Origin: a virus
Virus record (IMG/VR): IMGVR_UViG_3300025030_000039
Span: 188,878 to 252,877 of that record
Strand: one strand, 5' to 3'
Length of the DNA: 64,000 bases
Shown here piece by piece: positions 46,015 to 54,699 of this stretch. Below the pieces are notes generated by a model, which was not told the DNA's origin, made no database searches, and saw only the letters and a list, made by a program, of their open reading frames with translations. The number at the start of each line of letters is the position of its first letter. The stretch's first letter is position 1. Both the position numbers and the translations under genes were made by a program.

Positions 46015-46353
46015 ATGGATGAAAAAGAGTTAAAAGAAAAAATTAAAAATGAATTAGTAGGAGTTGAACTTAAAAAAATAATTCCATCAACTACTAGAGT
46101 GCAAGCTGTTCATCTTAAAATTAATGGTACTAATTATCAAGTTACAGTTTCTCCATTACCTAGATTATGGACCGAAACAGCGGCTTATGAAGCAACAAGA
46201 ACTGGAAGAGTTTTAGATTTTACAAAGTCGTTCTTTAAATTCCAAGGTGATGATATATTTGAAGGTATTAAAGAATTATCTAATTGCTTAAATGGATTAC
46301 CATTTAAAAATGAAAATAATACTAAACCATTATTAGATTTTAAACTAAAATAA
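46015..46353 (+). CDS. hypothetical protein (112 aa)
   Basis: Track ORF. Confidence 0.4.
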   Translation: MDEKELKEKIKNELVGVELKKIIPSTTRVQAVHLKINGTNYQVTVSPLPRLWTETAAYEATRTGRVLDFTKSFFKFQGDDIFEGIKELSNCLNGLPFKNENNTKPLLDFKLK

Positions 46354-46391
46354 ATATGAAAATTTTTAAACGACATACCCTCATAATTAGA

Positions 46392-46422
46392 GGAGAATAA
46401 TTAGTTCCCTATATTATTCTCC
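46392..46422 (+). terminator. perfect 10-bp stem hairpin (GGAGAATAAT-11 nt-ATTATTCTCC) before a rare strong Shine-Dalgarno (AAGGAGG)
   Basis: Seen directly in the sequence. It lies between 46015-46353 and 46446-46727. No U-tract follows, so it may be regulatory rather than a terminator. Confidence 0.35.
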
Positions 46423-46445
46423 AATAACAAAATAAGGAGGATAAT

Positions 46446-46727
46446 ATGAAAAATTACAAAAGAGCTCTAAGAAGAGATCAAAAAAGAACTAAGTATATTA
46501 AACGTTTAAAGATGTTTTATTTTAGTGATTCATGGTTAGTTAATTGTAAATCATGGACTGATGTTGAAAAAGAACATCCAGTAATAGCATATAAATTAAA
46601 AACAATGTCTACGACATGCAGTTGTGAAATGTGTGCTTATTTAAAATATAATAGAACGGAATTTAAACATAAAACAAATAAATTATTAAATGAGTTTGAA
46701 TACAATTACGAAAATTCAGTATTATGA
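46446..46727 (+). CDS. hypothetical protein (93 aa; CSCEMC)
   Basis: Track ORF with an AAGGAGG 7 nt upstream. Confidence 0.45.
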   Translation: MKNYKRALRRDQKRTKYIKRLKMFYFSDSWLVNCKSWTDVEKEHPVIAYKLKTMSTTCSCEMCAYLKYNRTEFKHKTNKLLNEFEYNYENSVL

Positions 46728-46917
46728 TATAGTAACTAAATATAAAAATACTTATCATAATCCTATTAAAATTAAAGCTAATCCAAATGTTTCAGCAGAA
46801 GATATTATGAAATTTGCTTATAAAAATAAATTTATTAATGAAGATGATTTTCATTTTAAAATCAAAATTAATCCTATCACTGAACACCAATATAAAAAAT
46901 TAAGTATGACAAAATGA
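46690..46917 (+). CDS. hypothetical protein (75 aa)
   Basis: Track ORF. Confidence 0.35.
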   Translation: MSLNTITKIQYYDIVTKYKNTYHNPIKIKANPNVSAEDIMKFAYKNKFINEDDFHFKIKINPITEHQYKKLSMTK

Positions 46918-47312
46918 AAAAAATTTTATTTATATTATTAACATTTTCATTTTCATTTATATATGCTCAAGATTATTATAATCCTGATCAAGCAGAAATT
47001 AATGATTTAAAAATGATTATAAAAACATATGAAAAGGAAAATTTATCATTAAAAAATGATTGTAAAGATTTAAATGATAAATTTATTAAAACTATAGATT
47101 CTCTTACATTACAAAATATAGAAACAGTTAAAATGCTAACTAATTTAAAATTTGATTTAAAAGTCATTTATGCTGTAAATAAAGCCAAAATTAAATTTTT
47201 AGAAAACCAAATGAATCTTAGTCATGAATTTTCTATTCGACTTATAGATATAGTTATGCTTGGATTTATTATTGTAATTTTTACATTATTACCAACATCT
47301 AAAAAGAATTAA
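46914..47312 (+). CDS. secreted protein with C-terminal TM anchor (signal peptide ...FSFIYAQ)
   Basis: Signal peptide ending in AQ, then a coiled-coil region and a C-terminal hydrophobic segment. Confidence 0.45.
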   Translation: MKKILFILLTFSFSFIYAQDYYNPDQAEINDLKMIIKTYEKENLSLKNDCKDLNDKFIKTIDSLTLQNIETVKMLTNLKFDLKVIYAVNKAKIKFLENQMNLSHEFSIRLIDIVMLGFIIVIFTLLPTSKKN

Positions 47313-47321
47313 ATTTTAAAA

Positions 47322-47368
47322 TTACTTTAAATCTTATTTTTATTTTAAACCCTTTGTTATTATATTTA
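47322..47368 (+). repeat. 47-bp direct repeat, copy 1, containing a class B promoter-like motif (CCTTTGTTATTATATTTA)
   Basis: Identical to 47984-48030 (TTACTTTAAATCTTATTTTTATTTTAAACCCTTTGTTATTATATTTA). Confidence 0.6.
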
Positions 47369-47388
47369 TTTTAAATAATAATAATTAT

Positions 47389-47958
47389 ATGGAAACTTTA
47401 AGATTAAATAGATATTCAGTATGGTCAAAATATGTTAGAACATTTTGGGGAATTAAAGATGAATCCACATTATCTGATATATGCTCGTATCGAGCATATA
47501 GTATTTTACCTGCTATTTTATTACCATTTACTATAACATCTTATATTATATGGGAATTATTTAGATATATTTTGGATGGAAAACATAGTTATAAAAATGA
47601 TAATGGTTTAAATGTAATATGGTTAATTTTTGTACCATTTATTTTATCATGTATATTAACGTTCGTTGAAAATAAAGATCATATAAGTCTTAATATGGTT
47701 TTAAATATTGATAAATTAACATTTTATATTTTAAGTTATTTTGCTTCTCCTATTATTGGAATTCTTATATTATTAATATTAATAGCATTTCTTGCAATGC
47801 TTATGGGAATATATAAGTTAGGTGAAATAATTATTGAAATAATTAAAGATCTTTTTAAATCAAAAAATGAAACAACTAAAGTGAAGAAACCTACATTATT
47901 AGGCGAATTTCATAAAAGTTTAAAAGAAAAATATTGTACAAAAATAGAATGGTTTTAA
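47389..47958 (+). CDS. integral membrane protein (about 4 TM segments)
   Basis: Track ORF flanked by identical 47-bp direct repeats. Confidence 0.45.
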   Translation: METLRLNRYSVWSKYVRTFWGIKDESTLSDICSYRAYSILPAILLPFTITSYIIWELFRYILDGKHSYKNDNGLNVIWLIFVPFILSCILTFVENKDHISLNMVLNIDKLTFYILSYFASPIIGILILLILIAFLAMLMGIYKLGEIIIEIIKDLFKSKNETTKVKKPTLLGEFHKSLKEKYCTKIEWF

Positions 47959-47983
47959 GTAAGAAAATAATATCGATTATTAA

Positions 47984-48030
47984 TTACTTTAAATCTTATT
48001 TTTATTTTAAACCCTTTGTTATTATATTTA
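47984..48030 (+). repeat. 47-bp direct repeat, copy 2, containing a class B promoter-like motif
   Basis: Identical to 47322-47368. It sits about 28 nt before the ATG at 48056. Confidence 0.6.
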
Positions 48031-48055
48031 CCTATAATTATTAAAATAAATTTTT

Positions 48056-48370
48056 ATGAAAAACTGGCCATTTACAGAAGAAATAGGGCAAGGTCCTAGA
48101 AGTATTATCAGACAAGATATTATGCAGTTACCAAATGTTAAAAATTGTATGACAAAGGACGATACAATTACTATTGTAGATTCTTTTAATGTTAAACATC
48201 CAGATGAAAAACATTCTGTAAATATCCCGCTTGTTGAAGATATCATTAAAAATTATTCTAAAGGTGCTGGGTTTGTTATTGAATCAATGACATCAAAAAG
48301 AGTTCAAATTAAAAATACCGATACTTATCATTTGATTTATACAATACACAATTTTGATAAAATAAAGTAA
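48056..48370 (+). CDS. hypothetical protein (104 aa)
   Basis: Track ORF. Confidence 0.4.
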   Translation: MKNWPFTEEIGQGPRSIIRQDIMQLPNVKNCMTKDDTITIVDSFNVKHPDEKHSVNIPLVEDIIKNYSKGAGFVIESMTSKRVQIKNTDTYHLIYTIHNFDKIK

Positions 48371-48371
48371 A

Positions 48372-48935
48372 ATGAATTTTACCAATTTTAATAAAAGAAT
48401 TTTTTCAAAATACCCTGGTATCAATTGGATTGGTACTAGTGGTACATTGAAAATTGATGAAAAGAGAATGGTAACTATTACTATAAATGATCCTGCAATT
48501 CATCAACATTATACTTCATATAAATGTGAAATTAAAAATATTTTACTCGGTAATAGTATAGCATTTAAATCTTTTAATTTTAATGAACATTTAGTTATTG
48601 ATGATAATAGAAAATCAGACAGTAATGGTATTAAATTAATTTCTTATGTTAAAATTGATTGGTATAATGCTCCTAAAAATGAAACACAAATTGCTGATAT
48701 TATTTTTAATTGGATTAATCAATATAAAATAGTTGAAGATAAAAAGAAATTTATTGTTTTAACTGATGAAGGAACTACAATGTCTCCTAATGGGAAAGAT
48801 GTTGAAAATTTACAAGTTTTAGCAATATTAGAATCAAAAGATAAAGAATTAGCGGAACTTGAATTTAAGCATGATTATAAAAAAATGCTAAAAGACGGTA
48901 AATGGAAAAACTATAAAATTCACGAATTAATTTAA
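48372..48935 (+). CDS. hypothetical protein (187 aa)
   Basis: Track ORF. Confidence 0.45.
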   Translation: MNFTNFNKRIFSKYPGINWIGTSGTLKIDEKRMVTITINDPAIHQHYTSYKCEIKNILLGNSIAFKSFNFNEHLVIDDNRKSDSNGIKLISYVKIDWYNAPKNETQIADIIFNWINQYKIVEDKKKFIVLTDEGTTMSPNGKDVENLQVLAILESKDKELAELEFKHDYKKMLKDGKWKNYKIHELI

Positions 48936-48937
48936 TT

Positions 48938-49663
48938 ATGTTAATTGTATCTAATTTTCACGACTATTATGATACATCTATGGGAATCCATGGAATAGAT
49001 AAAACTATTGTTTATAATAGAAAAACCGAAGAAATAAAAAAATTTCATATAGACTTAGAAAAAAAATTACCACATATTTCAAAAGGATATAGTATCCGTT
49101 TTAATAGTACTGTTACTAAAGATAAACCTAATATGATTCCTTACATTATCGGGTTTTGTGGTAAATCTTATGTTGTATATAAAAAATCTTGGTATGAAGA
49201 ATATCCCACTGAAAATTTTGAATTCATATATGATTATGAAGAAATAAAAAAAATATTACTTAATAATAAAGAAAGATATGATTTAAATAAACATACAGAA
49301 TTACAATTAGCTGAAGCCTATAAGTTTTATCATAATAAACCTTTATTTAAAAATGTATTTTTAGAGTTAAAAACACCGATCTTTTCATATGAACTTCATA
49401 AACAATTTATAATAAATCCAAAACTTTTAGATTACCAATTTTTTAAAGTTTTTGATCCATTTACAACATTTCAAGAAATACAAATGTTTATAGGTGGTGT
49501 ATTAACTAATCCCGAAAAAAATTATATTCAAATTGATGAAAAATATCGTCAAGCACAAAGAGGTTTAGATAAAACATCTTTCAGACAACAAGCTCCAGGT
49601 AAAAAGAAAGAACAAAGAAAAATTAATAAAGAACGTAAACGTAAAACTAATGAAAACAAATAA
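48938..49663 (+). CDS. hypothetical protein with a very basic C-terminal tail (241 aa)
   Basis: Track ORF. The last ~30 residues are K/R-rich. Confidence 0.45.
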   Translation: MLIVSNFHDYYDTSMGIHGIDKTIVYNRKTEEIKKFHIDLEKKLPHISKGYSIRFNSTVTKDKPNMIPYIIGFCGKSYVVYKKSWYEEYPTENFEFIYDYEEIKKILLNNKERYDLNKHTELQLAEAYKFYHNKPLFKNVFLELKTPIFSYELHKQFIINPKLLDYQFFKVFDPFTTFQEIQMFIGGVLTNPEKNYIQIDEKYRQAQRGLDKTSFRQQAPGKKKEQRKINKERKRKTNENK

Positions 49664-49991
49664 ATTAGTACTCTTATATATTTCAATATCTTTACTATTT
49701 TCATGCGCTTCTAATAATACTACCGATAAAAAATATGAACCTGAACCTGAATTTAAAAATAGTGAATATCCTATTATAAAGTGGGTATTAATATCTTCAC
49801 AAAATAAAGGTTATCTTATAACTTTAGATGAAAATGAAAAATATTTTTTTATATGGCCTGAAGGACCTGTATTTAACTATAATACTGAAGAGGAAGTATC
49901 ACCTCATAAATATTTAGAGTTATCTGATATGATACAAGACTTTAAAAATAAATCAAAAATAAAAGAAATTAAAAAACTTTATAATGATTAA
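49650..49991 (+). CDS. lipoprotein (MKTNKLVLLYISISLLFSCAS)
   Basis: Signal peptide plus lipobox Cys. Confidence 0.45.
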   Translation: MKTNKLVLLYISISLLFSCASNNTTDKKYEPEPEFKNSEYPIIKWVLISSQNKGYLITLDENEKYFFIWPEGPVFNYNTEEEVSPHKYLELSDMIQDFKNKSKIKEIKKLYND

Positions 49992-50274
49992 AGTATATTT
50001 AAATTCAAATTTTATAATAGACTCTATTAATCAAAATTTAACTGGTGAGTTAACTCATGTAGCAAATATTGATATATTAGATTTGGAAAAAGCCTTTTAT
50101 TTAACACAAAATTTAACAGATTCTTGGATTAAAAATAAAGAAATTGTTCCTGTTATTAATGAACTTCAAAGATCAATATCTGCTGGAGATGTATTTGAAT
50201 ATGCAGATACTTTTTATTTTATTGATATGATAAGATTTAAAGAAATAGAAGTAGATAAATCTAAAATTAAATAA
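49984..50274 (+). CDS. hypothetical protein (96 aa)
   Basis: Track ORF. Confidence 0.4.
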   Translation: MIKVYLNSNFIIDSINQNLTGELTHVANIDILDLEKAFYLTQNLTDSWIKNKEIVPVINELQRSISAGDVFEYADTFYFIDMIRFKEIEVDKSKIK

Positions 50275-50275
50275 T

Positions 50276-50674
50276 ATGAATCGAAAAATTGATAAAGATA
50301 TTTTCAAAAAAAATATTAGTGATAGTGCAAAAATTATAAGAACATTAATTGAAAAAGCAATTAATTCTCACGAAATAACTATTGATGAACATGAAAAAAT
50401 TACTCATTTAGCAACTGCTGATGGATTAATTGATAATCATGAAAAAGCATTACTTGCACAATTAAACGATTTAATTAATGATAAAACGATTAAATTTGTT
50501 AAAAGTAAAGAAGCTGTTTTAAAAGAAAAAACCTCTTTAACAAAAGATGAAATAAAAATTTTATTAAACGATGAGTTTATAATTTTTGAAAAGAAATGGC
50601 ATGGTGTTATGAATGGTTCAGATCTACAAACTTTAGCGCAATTTATTATGCAAATAAATGAAAAATTAAAATAA
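50276..50674 (+). CDS. hypothetical protein (132 aa)
   Basis: Track ORF. Confidence 0.4.
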   Translation: MNRKIDKDIFKKNISDSAKIIRTLIEKAINSHEITIDEHEKITHLATADGLIDNHEKALLAQLNDLINDKTIKFVKSKEAVLKEKTSLTKDEIKILLNDEFIIFEKKWHGVMNGSDLQTLAQFIMQINEKLK

Positions 50675-50850
50675 TGGCTTGTTTAGAAGAAGGTACAGTT
50701 AGTGGAAAACCATTAACTAAAAAAGAAAGTATAGAACAATTAATAAGGTTATATGAATATAACTATAATTGTGCATGTCGCGATAATGATTCTATTAAAA
50801 TAGAATATTATTCAGAACAATTAAAAAAACAAAAAGAAAAATTGAAATAA
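50674..50850 (+). CDS. small hypothetical protein (58 aa), below the track cutoff
   Basis: Hand translation gives MACLEEGTVSGKPLTKKESIEQLIRLYEYNYNCACRDNDSIKIEYYSEQLKKQKEKLK. It has TAATG overlaps at both ends. Confidence 0.4.
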   Translation: MACLEEGTVSGKPLTKKESIEQLIRLYEYNYNCACRDNDSIKIEYYSEQLKKQKEKLK

Positions 50851-51029
50851 TGGCTAAAAAAACAGCATCAAATAATTCAGTTATAAAATATTGTCCTTAT
50901 TGTAAAAATCCATTACAAGACAATACTAAACTAGCGCAAGGAATAAAAGAATGCACTGTATGTGATGCAAGATTTTTAATTATAACAACTACAGTACCGA
51001 AAAAAGAAATAGAAAATAATGAATTATGA
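50850..51029 (+). CDS. small Zn-ribbon protein (59 aa), below the track cutoff
   Basis: Hand translation gives MAKKTASNNSVIKYCPYCKNPLQDNTKLAQGIKECTVCDARFLIITTTVPKKEIENNEL. It has an ATGA overlap with the next gene. Confidence 0.4.
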   Translation: MAKKTASNNSVIKYCPYCKNPLQDNTKLAQGIKECTVCDARFLIITTTVPKKEIENNEL

Positions 51030-51421
51030 TAATTGAAGACTATATTAAACAATTAATTAAAATTGAAGTTATAGAAAATTCTGACGATTTCGGTTATTAT
51101 CCTTTTCATCTTTGGAGTGAAAATAAAGATGGTACTAATGATTTAAATTCATTATTATTAGGAGGAGATGTTTTAAGTTGTTATAAAAGATTTAAATCTT
51201 ATATAGTTAAAAATGCAAAAACTATTTATATGTCAGTTGACTTTCCTGCTGTCGAAGATAATGCGAGAGATTTTGTTGCTGTATTTTCTTATGTTAATGG
51301 GGAAGTTAATTGTATAGCAATACCGTATAACATAAAAAATGGAGAAGTTTTTCCTATCATAAAAGAAGGAAAATTTATAAATCTAATTTTAAATCAATTA
51401 AATGCTGTTATAAATAATTGA
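51026..51421 (+). CDS. hypothetical protein (131 aa)
   Basis: Track ORF. Confidence 0.4.
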   Translation: MIIEDYIKQLIKIEVIENSDDFGYYPFHLWSENKDGTNDLNSLLLGGDVLSCYKRFKSYIVKNAKTIYMSVDFPAVEDNARDFVAVFSYVNGEVNCIAIPYNIKNGEVFPIIKEGKFINLILNQLNAVINN

Positions 51422-51447
51422 ATTCATTAATTACGAATTACGAATTA

Positions 51448-51482
51448 CGATATCTGTTCTTATTAAAGGCAGATATCGTTGT
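51448..51482 (+). terminator. hairpin with 9-bp stem (CGATATCTG / CAGATATCG) after an ACGAATTACGA tandem motif
   Basis: Seen directly after the stop of 51026-51421. Followed by TTGTTT. Confidence 0.45.
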
Positions 51483-51749
51483 TTATACAAACTTTAAAAT
51501 AGTATTGTAAAATTCTATTTAAAATATTTTTTTCTTAAAATATTTGTTAATATATTTATTTAATAATTAATATTAATACAATAACATGGTACATTCATAT
51601 AAAAATTACAAATCTAGTTTAAAGATAAGTATTAAAAATAATAAATCCAATACTTAATTAAAAACAATATTACCGATTTTTATATTAATATCTTTGTTAT
51701 TAAATTTACCTATTAATTTAAAATATTTATTAACTTTAATTTTTTAATC

Positions 51750-52631
51750 ATGTCAAACAAAAACAAGCAAACTGGTGCAAAAAAGAATTTAAACGAAAAT
51801 GATAATTCTGATGCCCAAACTGTTGCTACTGATGTAGTTAACAATGTAGAAAACAAAGAAGAAGCTGTCGAAAATAACGAAGAAGTTGTTGTAGAAGATA
51901 TGCAAATTCCTGAAATTCCTACTGCTGAAAAAGCAAAGAAAAGAATTATTAAACCTTTAGTAAAAGGTATTGGTTTTAATGATTTTGGAACATGGTTCAC
52001 TCGTCCACGAAAAGATGGTGATAAAGATGTTAATGGAAAAGATATTCCAACAGACAGAGTATTTGTTCTTTCATTAGAGCCACATGACATCGCTAAAATG
52101 GATTTACCTGCAGCTCCACTTATTTATGATCCAGCAGGAAAAGATGATTCCGGTAATGCTATTTTAATTGCTTACAAAGTTCCTCAATTCAGAAATTCTG
52201 AAGGTGGTGTAGCGTTCAAAAATGCTGAAAACAAAACAGAAACTCATCATCAGTATAAACAAATTACTACTTTAGTAGAAGATTTGAACGAAACTACTGA
52301 AGTAAGAAGAGGCTGGGTTGGTTATACTAAACTTCCACTTTCTCAAACTGATTTGGAAACTATCGCAAAAGAAAAAGAAGTTAAAGAAGCAGCAGCTAAA
52401 AAGAAAGCTGAAGAAGCAGCAGCCAAAAAAGTAGAAAGAGAAGCAGCAGCTAAAAAGAAAGCCGAAGAAGCAGCAGCTAAAAAGGAAGAAGCCGATAAAA
52501 AAGCAGCAGTAGATGCAATTAACAAAGCTCAAGCTGCAACACAAACTGAAGGTCAGAGTGTTGAAAATCCTGAAGTAGCTATTGATGGTGCTCCAGCAAA
52601 AGTAAAGAAAAATCAAGAAGCAACTGTATAG
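51750..52631 (+). CDS. Ala/Lys/Glu-rich protein with an internal 9-aa (27-bp) tandem repeat; GC-richer than its surroundings
   Basis: Track ORF with four tandem EAAAKKKAE-type units at 52386-52493. The antisense track ORFs here are artefacts of the repeat. Confidence 0.55.
   Translation: MSNKNKQTGAKKNLNENDNSDAQTVATDVVNNVENKEEAVENNEEVVVEDMQIPEIPTAEKAKKRIIKPLVKGIGFNDFGTWFTRPRKDGDKDVNGKDIPTDRVFVLSLEPHDIAKMDLPAAPLIYDPAGKDDSGNAILIAYKVPQFRNSEGGVAFKNAENKTETHHQYKQITTLVEDLNETTEVRRGWVGYTKLPLSQTDLETIAKEKEVKEAAAKKKAEEAAAKKVEREAAAKKKAEEAAAKKEEADKKAAVDAINKAQAATQTEGQSVENPEVAIDGAPAKVKKNQEATV
52386..52493 (+). repeat. 4 x 27-bp tandem repeat (GAAGCAGCAGCTAAAAAGAAAGCTGAA), coding
   Basis: Four consecutive 27-mers with 1-5 substitutions each. 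Confidence 0.8.
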
Positions 52632-52648
52632 TTACTTTTTAAAATTTT

Positions 52649-52679
52649 AAAAGAGGAATATTAATATTCCTCTTTTTTT
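52649..52679 (+). terminator. rho-independent terminator (AAAGAGGAATATT-A-AATATTCCTCTTT then TTTTTG)
   Basis: Perfect 13-bp stem followed by a U-run, 18 nt after the stop at 52631. Confidence 0.65.
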
Positions 52680-52785
52680 GTTTACATTTTGGACCAGTCT
52701 TTTCAATTAAAATAATTAAATTTTACCGGTAAAACTTATTAACATTTACAAAAAATTAATGTTAATAAATTTATTTTTTGCATTA

Positions 52786-52810
52786 AATATTTGTTATTAT
52801 TTTTATATTA
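52786..52810 (+). promoter_or_regulatory. class C promoter-like motif (AATATTTGTTATTATTTTTATATTA) upstream of the sigma factor gene
   Basis: A ~30-bp block identical to 53723-53747. It sits about 40 nt before the ATG at 52852. Confidence 0.45.
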
Positions 52811-52851
52811 ATAAAATTAAATAATACAATAAACTAAAAAATTACAAAGCT

Positions 52852-53685
52852 ATGGATTTAAGTTATGACCGCAGAATTTTACTAAATTATTCGAAAGAAA
52901 TAGAAAAAAGATTATTAACACAAGCAGAGGAAATTGAATGCTCATACATTATTCAAAATTCTCAACCTTGTGATCCAAGAAGAATTAGTGCTATTCAAAA
53001 ACTCGTAAAACATAATTTACGATATGGATTATCAGTTGCAAAACAATATCAGAATCAGGGACTCCCCTTACCTGATTTAATTAATGAAGCAAGTATTGGA
53101 TTAATCAAAGCAGCTGAACGATTTGATTATAGTACACATAAAACTAAATTTATAACATGTGCTGTTTCATGGATAAAACAATGCATCAAAGATGCACTAT
53201 GTGAACACGCAAGAACTGTAAGATTACCTAGACAGATTCATAATTATAAAAATGAATTTGAAAAACTTAAAAATAAACAAATAGCTGCAAATGGAGTTTA
53301 TGATATTGAAACAATTGCAGAAGAAATGATTGTACCAAAAAGAATAGTACATGATTTAGAAAAAATAACTCAATTTGGTGTATCATTAGATGAACCTGTA
53401 ATGGGAGAAGATGATGGACAAAGAACAAGATTAGATACTTATATTCCCGAATCTGAAAAAAATAATGATGAAAATGAAGATATCAAAAGAAAAATAAAAT
53501 ATGGATTGTCATTTTTAAAAGAAAGAGATCAAAATATTATGAAAGATGCATATGGTATAGATAGAGAATATGCATTAAGTATTGAAGATGTCGCAATAAA
53601 ACATGATTTAACTGAAGTAATGATTAGAAAAATAATGAGAGATTCATTAGATATGTTAAAATATCTTATTAATAAGAAAAAATAA
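52852..53685 (+). CDS. sigma-70 family RNA polymerase sigma factor
   Basis: Region 2 is unmistakable: LVKHNLRYGLSVAKQYQNQGLPLPDLINEASIGLIKAAERFDYSTHKTKFITCAVSWIKQCIKDAL...ARTVRLP. A region 4-like HTH (LSIEDVAIKHDLTEVMIRKIMRDSLDMLK) sits at the C-terminus. Confidence 0.85.
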   Translation: MDLSYDRRILLNYSKEIEKRLLTQAEEIECSYIIQNSQPCDPRRISAIQKLVKHNLRYGLSVAKQYQNQGLPLPDLINEASIGLIKAAERFDYSTHKTKFITCAVSWIKQCIKDALCEHARTVRLPRQIHNYKNEFEKLKNKQIAANGVYDIETIAEEMIVPKRIVHDLEKITQFGVSLDEPVMGEDDGQRTRLDTYIPESEKNNDENEDIKRKIKYGLSFLKERDQNIMKDAYGIDREYALSIEDVAIKHDLTEVMIRKIMRDSLDMLKYLINKKK

Positions 53686-53722
53686 TCTTTTTTAAGTAAG
53701 AATAAATAATTTTATCTTATAA

Positions 53723-53747
53723 ATATTTGTTATTATTTTTATATTAA
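53723..53747 (+). promoter_or_regulatory. class C promoter-like motif, second copy
   Basis: Identical to 52786-52810. It sits 15 nt before the ATG at 53763. Confidence 0.45.
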
Positions 53748-53762
53748 ATAAAAAATTAATCT

Positions 53763-53960
53763 ATGTTTCCTACTAATTTTAAAAACAAAAAGATATCAAT
53801 AATATTTAAAATATTATTTTTTATTTCTATATTTGTAACTATAAGTTATAGAATCATAATGCCTGAATTTATAATAATATCAAATGATATCTATTTATGG
53901 TTATTTTGTTTAACTTCAATAACATTATTTTTTATAACATACTCATTTAAAACAAATTAA
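53763..53960 (+). CDS. small membrane protein (two TM segments)
   Basis: Track ORF, hydrophobic. Confidence 0.35.
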   Translation: MFPTNFKNKKISIIFKILFFISIFVTISYRIIMPEFIIISNDIYLWLFCLTSITLFFITYSFKTN

Positions 53961-54007
53961 TACGAAAATAACACTTAATCAATTTATAAATTTAAAACAA
54001 TTTAATT

Positions 54008-54223
54008 ATGAAAAGAACATTTATTTATTTAGTAGCTATTTTAATGATAGCAGGTTGCTGCAACCCAAATGAAGCAAATTCACCATGTACTCCTGGTGAT
54101 ACAATACAAGTTTCTAATAGTGAATCTGAAAACTTAGATGAAACTATTAAAGAAGGTGAATCTGAAAATATCGATTCAGTAAGTAATGATGGCTATGCAG
54201 CCGATGAAAAATATTCAGAATGA
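54008..54223 (+). CDS. acidic lipoprotein (MKRTFIYLVAILMIAGCC)
   Basis: Signal peptide plus lipobox Cys, then an acidic S/E-rich sequence. Confidence 0.4.
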   Translation: MKRTFIYLVAILMIAGCCNPNEANSPCTPGDTIQVSNSESENLDETIKEGESENIDSVSNDGYAADEKYSE

Positions 54224-54435
54224 AAAATATTTGGACAATATTAATAATAGGAGCATATATTATATATGTTACATCAGCATTTTCATCTACTGCATCATTA
54301 CCAGTATCTTCACCTGTTAAAATTGTATCAAGTATTGATTTTACAGTTTATAAGATAATAGATGGTTCAAATGTAGTCTATATTACTTGTTCAACTTCAG
54401 ATAATATTAATGTATCAATGGCTGTTGTTAAATAA
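54220..54435 (+). CDS. secreted or membrane small protein (71 aa)
   Basis: Track ORF with an N-terminal hydrophobic segment. Confidence 0.35.
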   Translation: MKNIWTILIIGAYIIYVTSAFSSTASLPVSSPVKIVSSIDFTVYKIIDGSNVVYITCSTSDNINVSMAVVK

Positions 54436-54443
54436 TTACATTA

Positions 54444-54476
54444 AAAAGAATCATAAATTTATGGTTCTTTTTTTGT
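54444..54476 (+). terminator. rho-independent terminator (AAAGAATCATAAA/TTTATGGTTCTTT then TTTTG)
   Basis: 13-bp stem with one G-U pair, followed by a U-run, 9 nt after the stop at 54435. Confidence 0.55.
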
Positions 54477-54674
54477 CTGTAATTTTTTATAATCAAAATT
54501 ATTTTGATAACAGGATATTTTTATAATAGGGATATTAAAAATTTAATCCCTTTGTATATTCCGGTAATACTTGGTATACGCGATATTCAGGATAATAATA
54601 CCTTATATCCAATAATTACATTAACCCTAGTTAAATATTGTATAAAAATACTTTAGATAAAAATTTTTATTTTT

Positions 54675-54695
54675 AAACCTTTGTTATTAAATTTA
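54675..54695 (+). promoter_or_regulatory. class B promoter-like motif (AAACCTTTGTTATTAAATTTA) with no protein-coding gene downstream
   Basis: Same family as 47347 and 48009. The next ~430 nt lack any ORF longer than 25 codons. Confidence 0.4.
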
Positions 54696-54699
54696 TAAA

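Noticed and set aside
45965-51450. Short ACGAATTACGA(A) motif immediately after the stops of 45505-45969 and 51026-51421, considered as a distinct regulatory element.
   Set aside because: Only two copies were seen. At 51448 the motif merges into a clear hairpin terminator. This is too little evidence to call a separate element, so it is treated as part of terminator regions.
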